Made by a program: the position numbers and the translations under genes. A DNA stretch of 64,000 nt from the human T2T-CHM13v2.0 reference genome, Homo sapiens: NCBI RefSeq assembly GCF_009914755.1, contig NC_060931.1. One strand, given 5' to 3'. Below are positions 27,043 through 41,049 of the stretch, in pieces. Below the pieces are notes generated by a model, which was given only the letters and a program-made list of their open reading frames with translations, was not told the DNA's origin and ran no database searches. Every line of letters starts with the position of its first letter. Within the stretch, counting starts at the first letter, position 1.

Positions 27043-27200
27043 CAGGGATGGAAAATCTCTTTCAACCTCCGTGCCAACCGTGATCAAGTGGGGGCACCTG
27101 TGTTAGAGGAATTCTGATGGGGCATCAGGATTCACTCCCAGTGTCTGCCATTGGCCATATGGGGGAGTGGAAGCTCAAACGCACTAAATTGCCATCTCTG
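27043..27200. mobile_element. Unnamed hAT-like MITE
   Basis: Imperfect TIRs cagggatggaaaat / attgccatctctg. Confidence 0.4.
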
Positions 27201-27722
27201 GGATAAGAACACCTGGATGAGACAATCCAAGGATTGGGAAAGAAGCGAAAGAAAAATGCCTTCTGAGATGTAAAGTTTAAAATCAACACTATTTGTGTTG
27301 CATTTCATCTACATTGCCTCCTGGCTTAATCTGAAGCTGGTAGTGTCCTTCTAAGCACTTCACACGGAAGGGGCTGGCATGGCCTGTGAACTTGGCCTGA
27401 AAGGTCCTATAGTTCTGAATGAGCTTGGACTCAGAGAGACTGATGCCACCAAATATGAAATTCCCAGTTTTTCTAAGATTTGTAACATTCTCAAGTTAGG
27501 AGGTGTCTCATAATCAGTTCTACTTTTGATACAGCATTTTAATATGAGAAGTTATTATATTGATGCTACATTTTAAAATTAATGATTTCCCTGAATAGGA
27601 AAAGCCCAATAGGTACTCTACTCCTCTTGCTATAAATTCACAAGCATAAGTTTATAACTGTAACTTGTATTCCATATAATTATATCTGTATCAGTCTTTT
27701 TTAAGCTTTAAAACTTTCTTCA

Positions 27723-28025
<303 letters not shown>

Positions 28026-28984
28026 TCAGATATAAACATTTTACTATTCCCCATTTTTATATGCCTCAATCTTCCCTGAATATCCCACAAGAGTTTCTCT
28101 TCTATATGCCCCTATTGAATATAGAAAGTATTCATTGAGTTTTACATTCTATAATTTGATTATAAAAGTAGTCTTTATTTTCTAAGTATTATAACATTTT
28201 ATAAGTATAATACAAATTATATTAAGAGTAATAACATTAAATATGCTTTTAAAACTACCCATGCAGAAACTCTCTCAATTGGGAAGGATAGCCTACCCGG
28301 AGAGGCTGTATTATTTTTAAATTTAATTTAACAACTTGTCATTTTGGTGTCTACAAACCTTGTGATCTTCATAAAGTTGAGTCTTTTCATGAAAAATATC
28401 TCCACCCTATGAACCAAGAGAATCATAGTAATCAAGTTCAGAGACAGCAAAGCCAAAAAACAGATCTTGGATGATGGTGGCCTCATAAAAAACAGGAGCA
28501 CTGAGAAGGCTGCCTGGCTCTCGTGTCCTCTGTTGACTGCCAGTTTACCTTCTACTTGTTGGCTCTGATGGAAGAAGGCTAGTCCTTTTCCAGATAGTTC
28601 CATCCCATCAGGGCATTCCTTTCTGTACCTGAGGCAAGCTGATCAAGTGTTTGTTTGGGTACAGGGCATTCTCAGCTGTGTTTTATTAGGTGAATAAAAG
28701 CTGCTTTTTTCCTCATTAAAGGGATGAGACGTGACGGTTTTTTTAATCAGCTATAGGTTCTGCTCTGGAGCTCTTCTGGAAGCCTGTGTTTCAAGGATGC
28801 TGGCCTCCAGATACCTGGAGTTTAGATTCCATAAAGATAACATGATTGTATTCCACCTTATTATAGCATTATCAGTCAGTGAAGAAAATTTAAAGTCACT
28901 GCTACTATATCAAGACGATTGTCTTAAGTGCCGTGGAATGATCCCAAAAGACCAGAGAGGATGCTCCTTCATTCTTCCGGTGAG

Positions 28985-29245
28985 GTGGAACAGCATAATC
29001 CTTAAGAATGTGCATGTTGGTGCCACACTGCCTGGGTTCAAATCCAATTCTGCGACTTTTAGTGGCTTAGGCAAAGTTACTTTACCTCCCAGGGCCTTGC
29101 TTTTGTTGTTTGTAACATGCAGGTTGTAGTGGTATCCTCCTCTCTCCTAGCTAGGGTTGCTGTGGGGGTTAACTGGGTTAGAATACGTCAAGCATTTAGA
29201 AGAGTCTGGCACTTGCTAAGCCCAATTGAATCTTTGCTATTATTA
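28985..29245 (+). mobile_element. MIR
   Basis: ctgcctgggttcaaatcc...gcatttagaagagtctggcac...gctattattat. Confidence 0.75.
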
Positions 29246-29261
29246 TGCATGGGACTGAGAC

Positions 29262-29305
29262 CGCACGCGCGCACATGCGCGCACACACACACACACACGC
29301 ACACA
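29262..29305. repeat. 44-bp alternating pyrimidine/purine tract (CG/CA)
   Basis: cgcacgcgcgcacatgcgcgcacacacacacacacacgcacaca. Confidence 0.9.
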
Positions 29306-29544
29306 GTCTACAGAACTGATCTTTGATACACATAGAAACCACCTGGGGATCTTAAAATGCAGATCTTGATCCACTGGATCTGGGGTGGTCTGAGGCTCTG
29401 CAGTTGCCGCCGGCTCATAGACCATGCTTTGAGTAGGAGAGATGGAGAGCAGATGTGTTTACAGAAAATATTAGCAAGAGTGACAAATCAATGTGGCTCT
29501 GGTTATAATCACTCCTTGTCTACTGGAAAGTTCCCAGAGCTGGT

Positions 29545-29750
29545 GGGGAGCTGGGAGGATGAGGTTCTGGCCCTGACTAGCTGCACGTTATATCACTTAA
29601 GGCCCACCACTTAAGCACGTTGTATTTCATTTCTCCCATCTTCCAAATGGGGATAATAATACTTGCTCTACCTACTTCATGGGATTGTTGTAAGGGTCAA
29701 ATGAGAAAATGTATGTGAAAGCTCTTTGAAAAATTAAAAGTGCTGCCCAA
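29545..29750 (+). mobile_element. MIR
   Basis: aaatggggataataatacttgctctacctacttcatgggattgttgtaagggtcaaatgag. Confidence 0.75.
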
Positions 29751-30369
29751 TAGAAAAGGGATCAATAGTAGCAGAAGGAGGGGTGGACTGGGGGACATTT
29801 GACTGGGAGTGGAGAGCTCCCCAGAAGAGTAAATTCTGAGCTGAGGTTTGAAGGAGGCTGGAGAGGCAAATTGGCTGTTATTCCAATGTAGCAGTAACTG
29901 CTAATGGAGGAAACAGCACAGAGACAGAAGCAAATACGCCCAGGTGTGTATCCATGCATTCAGAGAGCCAAAGCAAACTAGCATGCTTTCTCAGCGGAGG
30001 GTCTATTCCGAAGATTTAATGAGATATTAGATTTTTTTTAAGTAGCCAGAGAAAAAGAGCATAAAAGGGAAGGTAGAACATTCTATCTGAAATCTCAATC
30101 GAAGCTTTTTGAGTGGATGCAAAGACAATAGAGGAATTATTTTACACAGTATTTTCAATGCCACTCAATCAGCAAATGTGTCCCCCACCACTTCTTGGGC
30201 ACACAGCACAGAAGAAGCCTCCCAACACCTGGCCACTAATTACTGCCTCCACCAGGCTTTGATGCTCCCAGGGATTAGCTTGTGTCTGTGCCAAAGACTT
30301 CATTCCAAAATTGTATGGGAAACTCCAGCCTCGTGTCTCCGCTATTCCCAGTCATTTGCCTTTTTGGGT

Positions 30370-30530
30370 CATGGCTGGCTTCATGGCTGTGTGATTCATG
30401 CAGGCGCTTAGGACCCCAAGCTCAGACGGGCTCTGTGTTTAGTTCAATGCTCTGCTGTCACTGTCCTGAAATGCTTGATATTTTTGAACAAGGGACCCAG
30501 CACATTTGTTTTTGCACTGGGCCCCATTAC
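30370..30530 (+). mobile_element. MER91A-like (hAT-Tip100)
   Basis: ggctggcttcatgg...aatgctctgctgtcactgtcctgaaat...ttttgaacaaggg...ttttgcactgggcccc. Confidence 0.7.
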
Positions 30531-32728
30531 TGGCTTCAGTTTCCCTCTTCTCCCTACCAGCTGCCCACTGCTGACCCTCCTGCCAACCTTTTCCCTTTGC
30601 CTTCCAGAGCACCTTTCCATAAGAACCCCTCCCACCCATGGTTCTCATTGACTAAGCATCAGTGTCAACTAAGGCACTTTAAATAATACTAACGTCTAAG
30701 TCCTACCCCAGACAATTAGAGCAGAATTGCTGGGGCTGTGTATTTCTGTGATGATGTGCATGTGATTCTAATGTGCCCCCATTCAGGGTAGAGAAAAACA
30801 GTCCTGTTTGCAGAAAGCATCTTCTCTTCCTGGCTTTAAGCAAAACTTTGCTGTTCTCTGTGAACATGGCTCTCTGCAGTTCTTTCAGGAAGAGACTGTT
30901 CACTCGTGTCCACCCTACACATGATGGCATCAGAAGGAGGTTGGGATTGTCACATCCCCCAGATGCCACTAACACACCATAACTCCTCCACTGTGGTCCT
31001 TTGAGAACCTTGCTCCTCTCTGATATGCCGCATCTCTTGCCTCATTTCTGTCACTGAAGGCAATGTTCTTTGGCCACCTCAACTCTGGCGGCCTTCACCT
31101 TCTCTGTGGATACGTACTCTCATTTCTAACTCTGTTATTACCCAGCACTCTTTACTCCAGAGACCATATGTGGAGCCTAGGCTTATTCTGCATCATCTCT
31201 CAGTGCTATCTTTGTTCCTACCATATCTATTCTCCCACCCCAAATAAAGGAACATTCACTTGCTTTGGCGAATAGGGAACAGATATATCTTTTGGGAGGC
31301 AATCATTCAACTCATTACACAACTTGCGCAACTTTGCAGATTGGAGCCACAGAAAATCCATGGTCTCCAACCTCTTCAACTATCCTGTTACTTGCTCACA
31401 AAGAGCTCCTGTTCCAACTCCTTTCAATGACTGTCTAAAACGTCACAACCACCCCTCTCCAACTCAAGCCATCCCCACCTCTCTCACAGCAGATGAGCTG
31501 GTGTCCTTCATTCCTTAGAAAATTAAAGTCATTAGGTTGCTTTTCCATCACCTCCCTCCATCCACACTCATTCTCTTCTCTTCCAGCCCCAAAGATGATG
31601 TTTCCTTCCTCTTGTTCAAAACCAACTTATCATGTGAGCTCTCAGTTCATTTCCCACCTCTTTCAGAAGCTTATTCCATCAGGAACTTCTTACATATATT
31701 TTTAACCTTTCTCTCTTAACTACCTCCTCAGATTACAATCTCTACTCCTTAAAAAAGAAAACAGAAACAAAAACAAAATATTATACTCCATATTATCCTT
31801 TTCTGCTTTATAAATCAGAAGATTTCAATTTTTTTACTTCATCTTAAAGCACATAAGATGTTTCACATTGCTTATAATATTGACATTGTAAATGTCACAT
31901 TTTAAATAATACGAATGACACATTGCAAATAACATTTATCCTTAATATGTGCTAAGCACTCAGTTATTTCTGATTTTATTCCACTTCATTCTATTATATA
32001 TTTTACTATTCTATGTTTTGTAAATGCTGGTTGCCACTCACAAACCTTTTTTCACATTCCTCAAATGGACTACAACCTATAGTTTGAAAATCATTGATCT
32101 AACCTGTTTTGCCTGTTTAAACACATTGTATACATGTCTTCACTTCCTATGCATCTCAGCCCTCACTGAAATGCAGTCTCAATTCTCATTATTCCAATGG
32201 AACTGCCCATGCTAGGGCTTATTCATACAAATAATATTTTAAGTACTTAGTACTTGTTAACATATTAACAAATCTAGTAGGCATCTTTCTCTTCTTTTCT
32301 CGATCCCTTTAAAGCATTTGGGATGACCAGCTGCACTGTCCTCTTGCAAAATCTGTGTACTGTTAACTCTCTGGATTCTTATCTCACCTAATTGAATGTT
32401 TCTCCTCGGTTTAACTCCTGGGCTCTTTTCTGCTGCAATTGTAAACCATTGTATTCCCCAGAATTGCATCCTTAAGTCATTGTTTTCTAACCCAGTCTTC
32501 CTGAGAGCTCATCCATTCTGTGGTTGAAGTATCACCTGTTTGTTGATTGTCCCTGAGTCTGTGTCTCTTTCTTGAGCATCTTGTGGTATCAACATCACCA
32601 TCAGAGTCCGATAGGCACTTTACACTTAGTATGCCCAAACCTGAAATTTTTATTCCAGCAAAAATGCAGCAAGGAAAATCATGTTTTCTGGGAACCTTGC
32701 TTGGCAACAATTGACATATCCTTTAGAC

Positions 32729-33463
32729 TAGGTGTCCCCAACTCCCAAGCTGCAGACTGGGACCAGTTCATGGCCTGTTAGAAACTGGGCTGCACAGCAG
32801 GAGGTGAGAGGCAGGCAAGTGAGCATTACTGCTTGAGCTCCACCTCCTGTCAGATCAGCAGCTGCATTAGATTCTCATAGGAGCATGAACCCTATTGTGA
32901 ACTGTGCATGCGAGGGATCTAGGCTGTGCACTCCTTATGAGAATCTAATGCCTGATGATCTGAGGTGGGAGAGTGTCATCCCGAAACCATCCCCCACCTG
33001 CTGTATTAGTCTGTTCTCACACTGCTATAAATAACTACCTGATACTGGGTAATTTGTAAAGAAAAGAGGTTTAATTGACTCACAGTTCCACAGACTACAA
33101 AGGAAGCATGGCTGCGGAGGCCTCAGGAAACTTACAATGGTGGCAGGAGGCAAAAGGAGAGCAGACAGTTCTTATGTAACAGGAGAAGGAGGAAGAGAGA
33201 GAGAAGGGGGAGGTGCTACACACTTTTATAAACAACAAGATCTCTTGAGAACTCACTCACCATTACAAGAATAGCAAGGGGGAAACCTGCCCCCATGATC
33301 CAATCACCTCCCACCAGGTCCCTCTTCCACATTGGGGATTATAATTGGACATGAGATTTGGGCAGGGACACAGACACTAACCAGATCACCACCCTCTTTG
33401 GTCTGTGGAAAAATTGTCTTCCACAAAACTGGTCCCTGGTAGCAAAAAGTTTGGGAACTGCTG
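32729..33463 (+). mobile_element. MER1B (hAT-Charlie) split by a MaLR LTR
   Basis: MER1B sequence on both sides of the LTR. 8-bp TSD ctttagac (32721-28) / ctctagac (33464-71). Confidence 0.88.
33002..33388 (-). mobile_element. THE1D/MSTA-type MaLR solo LTR
   Basis: tgtattagtctgttctcacactgctat ... gagatttgggcagggacacagacactaaccagatca. Confidence 0.88.
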
Positions 33464-35540
33464 CTCTAGACCAATAATTCTCACATTTCTTAGCCCTAAT
33501 AATGCCAAGAGTTCATACAAACCACCTTTTTCTATAGCTTCCATTGACAAAGAGTGAATTTTAAGTTTATGCAACTATTCGTTATCCACAATAACAAATA
33601 TAATTCCTCATCATTATAACACAAAACACACTATGCAAATCTAGATTATTATATCATGCTCCAAGCCAAAGTACAAACATTTTCATATTTCCAACATAAA
33701 ATCCACTCAGAGTCCAACATTCCAACCACCTGATTAAGGTCCGTAAGTCCAGGCTGACACCTGCATTCCCCATTAAGTCTTGCAAATGCCAGGGTCCTCC
33801 CTTCCTAAGAGGCCCAGTTCTGTTTTGATAGATACTAAAGAGGGGCAAATTCATGTGTTTAGTCTATGGGAAAGGACAAGCTGGTCCATGCAAATAGGCC
33901 AATAAATTATGGATTTATTTGCACAGCAATAGAATCATCATAAAGATTACAGTGACCCAATCTGTTAATTTTTCTTTTTCTCTATTTTGGTTATCTTTCC
34001 CCCTTCAGGTGCAGAAAAAATTGAATCAGTGCCAATTTGTTTAATTGGATTTTTAAAATAACCACAAAAAATATCAAGTAGTCCTTTTAAGCTTTTTGAG
34101 TGAGCTCAACAAGGGCCAAATCAATTAAGCAAATTGCTTTAAAAAATAATCTACTAACTCCAAACAAACCTCTTCCCTATTTCAGAGGTGGTATATGCCT
34201 AAATTTACGCCCAGCACATTTTTCCAGCTGAATTACCAGCTTCTCAACACTAGGGATTTAAAAGGGAAATGCTGACACAGTCTCAGCCCTGGTAGCAAAA
34301 TGGTGCAGCTTTAATCCAGCAGGGCTCTTTGGACAGCAACTGTGCGGCAAGGCAACAGTTTGCTGAAGCTTACTAAGCCCGTGGCTGTCACCTGATTTGT
34401 TTGTGGCTTGGGTGGGGCACTCATGCTCAAAATATCTGCACTCTGACTTACAAGACATTTTTCTCTCCTCTTTGGTTTTCTTACATAAATATATGTGAAA
34501 TATGAAACACACCAAATGGGTGGGAGATTTAATGGTTTTCTTTTTCCCTTTGTCTGCCACCTCCACCCTCACCTACAGTTTAATAAACAGTAGCATAAGA
34601 GCTGTATTTTCTTTTGAGCAGTAATATGTAACCAGAACAAACAGAGGACATAGGAAAGGTGGAAAAAAGTTAGATATACAAGCAAGAAAAAGTGAGTTAT
34701 TGATTTTATTGACTGGTCTGTTAACTTCTGACATTGCAATGAAGTCTTATTTATTTGTATACGGAAGACTCAATTACATAGATACATATCATTTTAACAA
34801 CTGGGTTATTTACAGGAGAATTGCAGCTTCATAAATAATATAGACCTGGAATTTTTCAAGCTGATGTTTATCCATTGTTACCTAAAGAAGTTATGATGGC
34901 TGCAAGTACACTTCAGTGTAAAGTCATTAGAACAGCATTACAATAGGATGGGTGGCGGGATGGGGGAGGGGGGTGAAGGACAATAGTGTACTAAGGACAA
35001 GAATGCTCAGTCCAGTGACGATATACAGCAAATACTCCTGGGCTAATCAGATCCAGGACAGCGCCACTGGATTGTCCTCCCTCCCACCATAACATGACAA
35101 CCAGGAAAATTGTCAATGGAGACAGTTGGGTTCAAGCAACCAGGTTTTTAAACTTCTGTTTTAACTGTTTTTACAAACCCTGAAATATAATGCTAATGAC
35201 TTAAAACCGAAGTTTATGAAGGATATGTCTAAAAACAAAGCCTACGTCTCAAAGAAGGTTTTATAAAAATAGAACCAGGTATTCCCAAATATCTTCTCTT
35301 GATGGGGCAACTGGTAGACATGTAGGGGAATATTCTAGTGCTGCCCTGCGTTCCCTGGAATTTCCTAGATCCTCTTTCAGGTGATCTCCTGAAATAATTC
35401 CTTGTTTAACCATTAGTTTAATGGTAGCTTCATTGCCAGGTTGTAGGCCCCAGAGGCTCAGGGAGCATATCTGGCCATCATTCAGTAAATATTTTTGGGA
35501 ATTAGTAAATTAATTAAGTAATGAGAAGTATGACAACTTG

Positions 35541-35551
35541 GTATACATATA

Positions 35552-35584
<33 letters not shown>

Positions 35585-35655
35585 GTGTATATATGTATAT
35601 ATGTATATGTATATATTTATATGTATATGTATATATATGTATATGTATATGTATA
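35541..35655. repeat. (TATATG)n/(TA)n microsatellite at an Alu tail
   Basis: Seen directly. It abuts the tail end of the antisense Alu. Confidence 0.9.
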
Positions 35656-35805
35656 TTTGAGATGGAGTTTTGCTCTGTTGCCCAGGGTGGAGTGCAGCAG
35701 CACGATCTTGGCTCACTGCAATCTCCGCCTCCCAGGTTCAAGGGATTCTCCCACCTCAGCCTCCTGAGTAGCTGGGATTACAGGCACTCACTACCACGCG
35801 TGGCT
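35656..35805 (-). mobile_element. Truncated Alu (right monomer only)
   Basis: ttgagatggagttttgctctgttgccc...ctaccacgcgtggct, with no left arm. Confidence 0.88.
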
Positions 35806-36749
35806 GGTATATTTTTTATGTATCCCTAGCATGTTGCAAAATACGTTCCACCTGGCAAGAACTTAATAAATATCATGTTGAATGAACAAATGAACAAATT
35901 TCAGATGATGACTATGACTAGAGCTCATAGTCAGTAGTGAACTTGGAACTCAGACCAGGGTCTTAGAACTGGGAATCCCCAAGCATAGCTCTCCTGCGGG
36001 GCAAGGACTGAGAGCTACTGGGAATGGAGTGCAGGTAGATAAATGACAGCTGCAAGAAAATACCAGCAGAATCCAGCCTGGGCTCTGAGCAAGCGTTTGC
36101 TACTTGGTTAAGCATGCAGGCTGTCACTACCTCCCTGGTGGCTGTCTCCCTGGTCTTTGTTTATTTATATGGCCCCTATCATTACAGTCCACCTATATCT
36201 ACATGTGTGCTTATGCTCCACTTAGGACCTGAGTTATTTTGGGGATGCACATTCAGACACCACCGCAGCCTTTGTATAGATTCCTCAGCACCAACCGAGC
36301 CATTTTTGCCCAAAACCATCCCTGTGAGACATTGCCCTGAAAATGATATCTTCCGCACCGGAAATATAATTCCTTTCATTCTTCTTCCACTACCGCTCAT
36401 ACAGGACTGCATGGATTTCTGTCCTGAGCTCTATGTCCCTTGTCTCTGAGCCCTGAGTAGTGCCTGTCATCTCCCCTCCCGCAGATTCTTTGCAAATCAC
36501 TGGGGGAGGTGCTGTCAGGGTCTGCTCCTTCCCCAGCTCTGTTTCTTCCCCTCCTGACACACCTGTGGGCTCTACCCTGCCCCCAGGCATTGACAATGCT
36601 TGAGGCTAATGCTCAGAATCTCAGTATCTTGTCAGATCAAACAGCTGTGACCCGGTTTCCCAGGCCTGCCGCCTGCTCTGTGTTCTGGAGCCCTGCTGGG
36701 TGACATGCCTACTAATGTGATCGCCAAGGTGGTCTCTTGTCTCCCTTCA

Positions 36750-36990
36750 AATATAAGGTAACAATAAGAAAGCTTACATTTATTGTGTGTTTACTATGTG
36801 CCAGAAACTGCAATTATGCAATTTATTTATTTAGCGCACTGCATCCTCACTCTATGAAGGAGGTAGCATTTTTATTTCAATTTAGAGATGACAAAACTGA
36901 GCCAAGAAAGATTAAGCAGCTTGCTGGAGGTCCCATGTCCATTAAGTGGTGGAGACAGGCAATCCGCCCTCAGAGCCTGTGCTCCTCGTC
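36750..36990 (-). mobile_element. MIR
   Basis: acatttattgtgtgtttactatgtgccag...tttagagatgacaaaactgagcc. Confidence 0.75.
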
Positions 36991-37799
36991 CTAAGGCTCT
37001 TGCTAGATCCCTGCCTGGGGCTGGTGCTTAACCACTGACAGGCATCCTGATGGAGGCTGTGTCTTTGCCTGCCTGTTCCACCCCAAACCCCAAACCCTGA
37101 CTGCTCAATCTCCTGACTCAGCTGTCTGAGAGTAAGCACCAAAGTTGCAGGCATTGGCTAGGCTTCACTCCGTGGTGGCATGGACAAGTCTTTACTGCCA
37201 TCAGAGGGTAGGGTGGACAAGAGACAGGACAGAGCAGAGGCATGCAGCTATGCTTGTGGTCTGCACGTCACCGAGGGCCGCTGAAGGGGCCGGGGGACAG
37301 CTACCAGCAACAGTAGCATGCAGCATTTTGGATTTGAGAGCCGCTACTTCTGGGGGTGAGGCAGAGAAACCAGGCAAAGGTAACTGACAGATGGGCTTTT
37401 TGAGCATATGTGGATTAGAAAGATGAACATGAATGGAAATGTGAAATTAGGAGGAACCAGAGCTTTTGAGAAGAAAATGCCGAGTTTTTTTGGACCTGTG
37501 GGAGATTACGCTGTTTCGGAACACCGGATACAAGCTCAGAGGAGTTTTTAGATGTGGCCATTTCAATTTGAAACCCCCTTGTCCTCTGGTCTTCCTACAT
37601 TTTTTTCCATATGCCTGAGTTAATTCTTACATATTGGCCATATGAGTCTTTGATTTTACAGGTTCCACTAAAGTGTCGCCTTGTTAGAAGGCATCCTCTG
37701 TGGCCACAGTGATTTCTTCAATGCTTCCTTCTTTCCTTCTTTATCATGACCATTTGTGATTGAACAATTGTATGTCAATGTCACTTGTAAAAATAATTG

Positions 37800-37995
37800 A
37801 TAATGACAGCCAACATTTGTTGAGTATTTATTATGTTCCAGGCACAGAGCTGGGCTCTTTTTATTCAGTAATCTCTTTAAGTCTCACAATTATGATGCAG
37901 GTGCTATTATTACCTCCATTTTAGAGTTGAAGAAACTAAAGGTCAGGGAGGTTAAATAACTTATCAAAAATCACACAGGCAGTGCATGTGAAGCA
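37800..37995 (-). mobile_element. MIR
   Basis: aacatttgttgagtatttattatgttccaggcac...ccattttagagttgaagaaact. Confidence 0.75.
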
Positions 37996-38041
37996 AAAAG
38001 GAAAGCACAAGTCAGTCAGATTCTACATGGTGGTCAGAATC

Positions 38042-38342
38042 TTTTTTTAAAATTTTTTTTGAGACAGAGTCTCGCTCTGTTGCCCAGGCTGGAGTGCAGT
38101 GGCATAATCTTGGCTCACTACAACTTCCGCCTCCTGGGCTCAAATAAGTCTTATGCCTCAGCTTCCCAAGTAGCTGGGATTGCAGGTGCACACCACCACC
38201 CCTGGCTAATTTTTGCATTTTTAGTAGAAACAGGGTTTCGCCATGTTGCCCAAGCTGGTCACAAACTCCTGGCCTCAAGTAATCCACCCACCTTGGCCCC
38301 CCAAAGTGCTGGGAGTACAGGCATGAGCCACCATGCTGGGCC
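38042..38342 (-). mobile_element. Alu (AluJ-like)
   Basis: Full antisense dimer. TSD core agaatct. Confidence 0.93.
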
Positions 38343-39081
38343 AGAATCTGATTTTTAGAGACTCTTTTTATCTTCTAAGGGTTCTGGTTACGGGATTATG
38401 TGAATGATCTTCCTGAATTTTGCAGAATCTAATTTTCTAAAGTCTAGGCACATCTGCCTCTGCCTCGCATTCCCTTTCTGGATAAACAACCCGTCTAAGG
38501 ATATTCAGTCACATTATCCTAAGGATCCTATTACAGCAACGTGGCCCAGTTGTTCAGAATTAAGTCTAGACTGTGCTCCCTGAACTCTCCAGAGAGATGA
38601 AACTGTCAGACAGGTCAACCAGAAATTTATCAGGTATTCTGCTTTCAGCTGACATTTCCAAGAGAAGCTCTTCATTACCAAATGTATCTCCCTGTACAAA
38701 AATTGTATAATTAGCATTAGATAGCATTATCCATACCTCCCACATGGTTTGGGGTCCATCATATACTCTCAAAATGAACCTTGTACTCTTTAACTGAGAA
38801 AGAGAAGAGCAGCCCCTAACACCTAGGACCTGGCCTGGTGCTCACAACTGAGGTCTTGATATTGTCCCACTGAGCACAATTTCATAGAATATCAACATCA
38901 GATGAGGCCACAACATCAGACAAGGCCACTCTGACCAGGATGGACCATGGCAAAACCAGGTGCACTCCATTATCATGCCTGAAGACAGACAAAAAACCAA
39001 CATTGTCCAAACCACAAAATGACCAAATAGTCACTCATTCTGACTGATATGAGTGCAAAGTGTTCTTTTATCAAATAGTTT

Positions 39082-39433
<352 letters not shown>

Positions 39434-39647
39434 AAATAGTTTTAAATTGGCTTCATTTTTCCTACCTCCTGCAGAAGAATTATTATTCAGTCATAACATT
39501 GTCCCACTTTCAGAAAGCATCATCCAATCCAGAGTGAAGCTCCACTTCCTTGAACTCTTTCCAAAATCACTGAATGCAAGCCCAAATCCTATCAATCATT
39601 CCTTCTACCCCCTTCCTACTGAGATGCCCCCATGGTGTATGTATGTC

Positions 39648-39929
<282 letters not shown>

Positions 39930-40147
39930 CTTCCTTTCAGTGAATCTATAAATCAGAATGTGCTCCACCACCTGGTGGTCTGTGACTAAAGTACATTGAC
40001 ATACCTAAATGCTCCTCATGATACACATTGATAGACTTGCATATAATACATAGATTTGTGTACAATGCAGCTTGGGATTGAAAGAGCACAAGAACTTGAC
40101 CAGCCTCAGGTTTGAATCCCAACTCTTCCTTTTCCTCCTCCTCCTTT

Positions 40148-40180
<33 letters not shown>

Positions 40181-40363
40181 TTTGAGTCAGTTACTTGAAT
40201 TTTCTAACCCTTAATTCTAATATTCTAATATCATAGGTTTGTTATGAAGATTAAATGAGATCACAGATGCAGAATTTTCTAGATAGAATATTGCCAGATT
40301 CTAGGCTGATGCTCAAGGACTGGGTGTTTCTTTCCCTGATCCCTTCTTGTTTGAGTCAACTTC

Positions 40364-40665
<302 letters not shown>

Positions 40666-40845
40666 TGAGTCAACTTCTTCTAATAAGGCATTTTACCCAA
40701 CTGCCATACTCCAGAAAGACATTTTAACCCACCAAACCTTGAGGATCTTTAGAAATTGTACGTCAAAATCTCCAGTTTGTTCGACTTCCTATTGTCTGTG
40801 CCATAACTCACTGATATATAAAGCCCATTGACTAATGAGTACTAA

Positions 40846-41049
40846 CGTATTTTATTCATTCTAAGATATACGGCCTTTTAACCAACACTTTAATAAGGCA
40901 TCTTAAAAGGAAGATTTGGGGATGCAAATTGGGATGTGCCTTATAATTAGCGGCATGTCATGGTTTAACTGGCAGCTTTGTTTCTTTCCTTGTGGAACAA
41001 AATATTCATGAATTTTACATCAATAACATCTTGGATTTAATAAAATATG
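40846..41049 (+). mobile_element. MER104-like (TcMar-Tc2)
   Basis: Termini cgtattttattcattctaagat ... atcttggatttaataaaatatg. Internal tgtcatggtttaactggcagc. Confidence 0.65.

Noticed and set aside
35510-35829. ORFs with YV/IH/YM dipeptide repeats
   Set aside because: Translations of the (TATATG)n microsatellite plus Alu.
40152-40178. Isolated A27 run as a solitary poly(A) retro-insertion
   Set aside because: It is preceded by TT but I find no TSD, so it cannot be told apart from homopolymer expansion.
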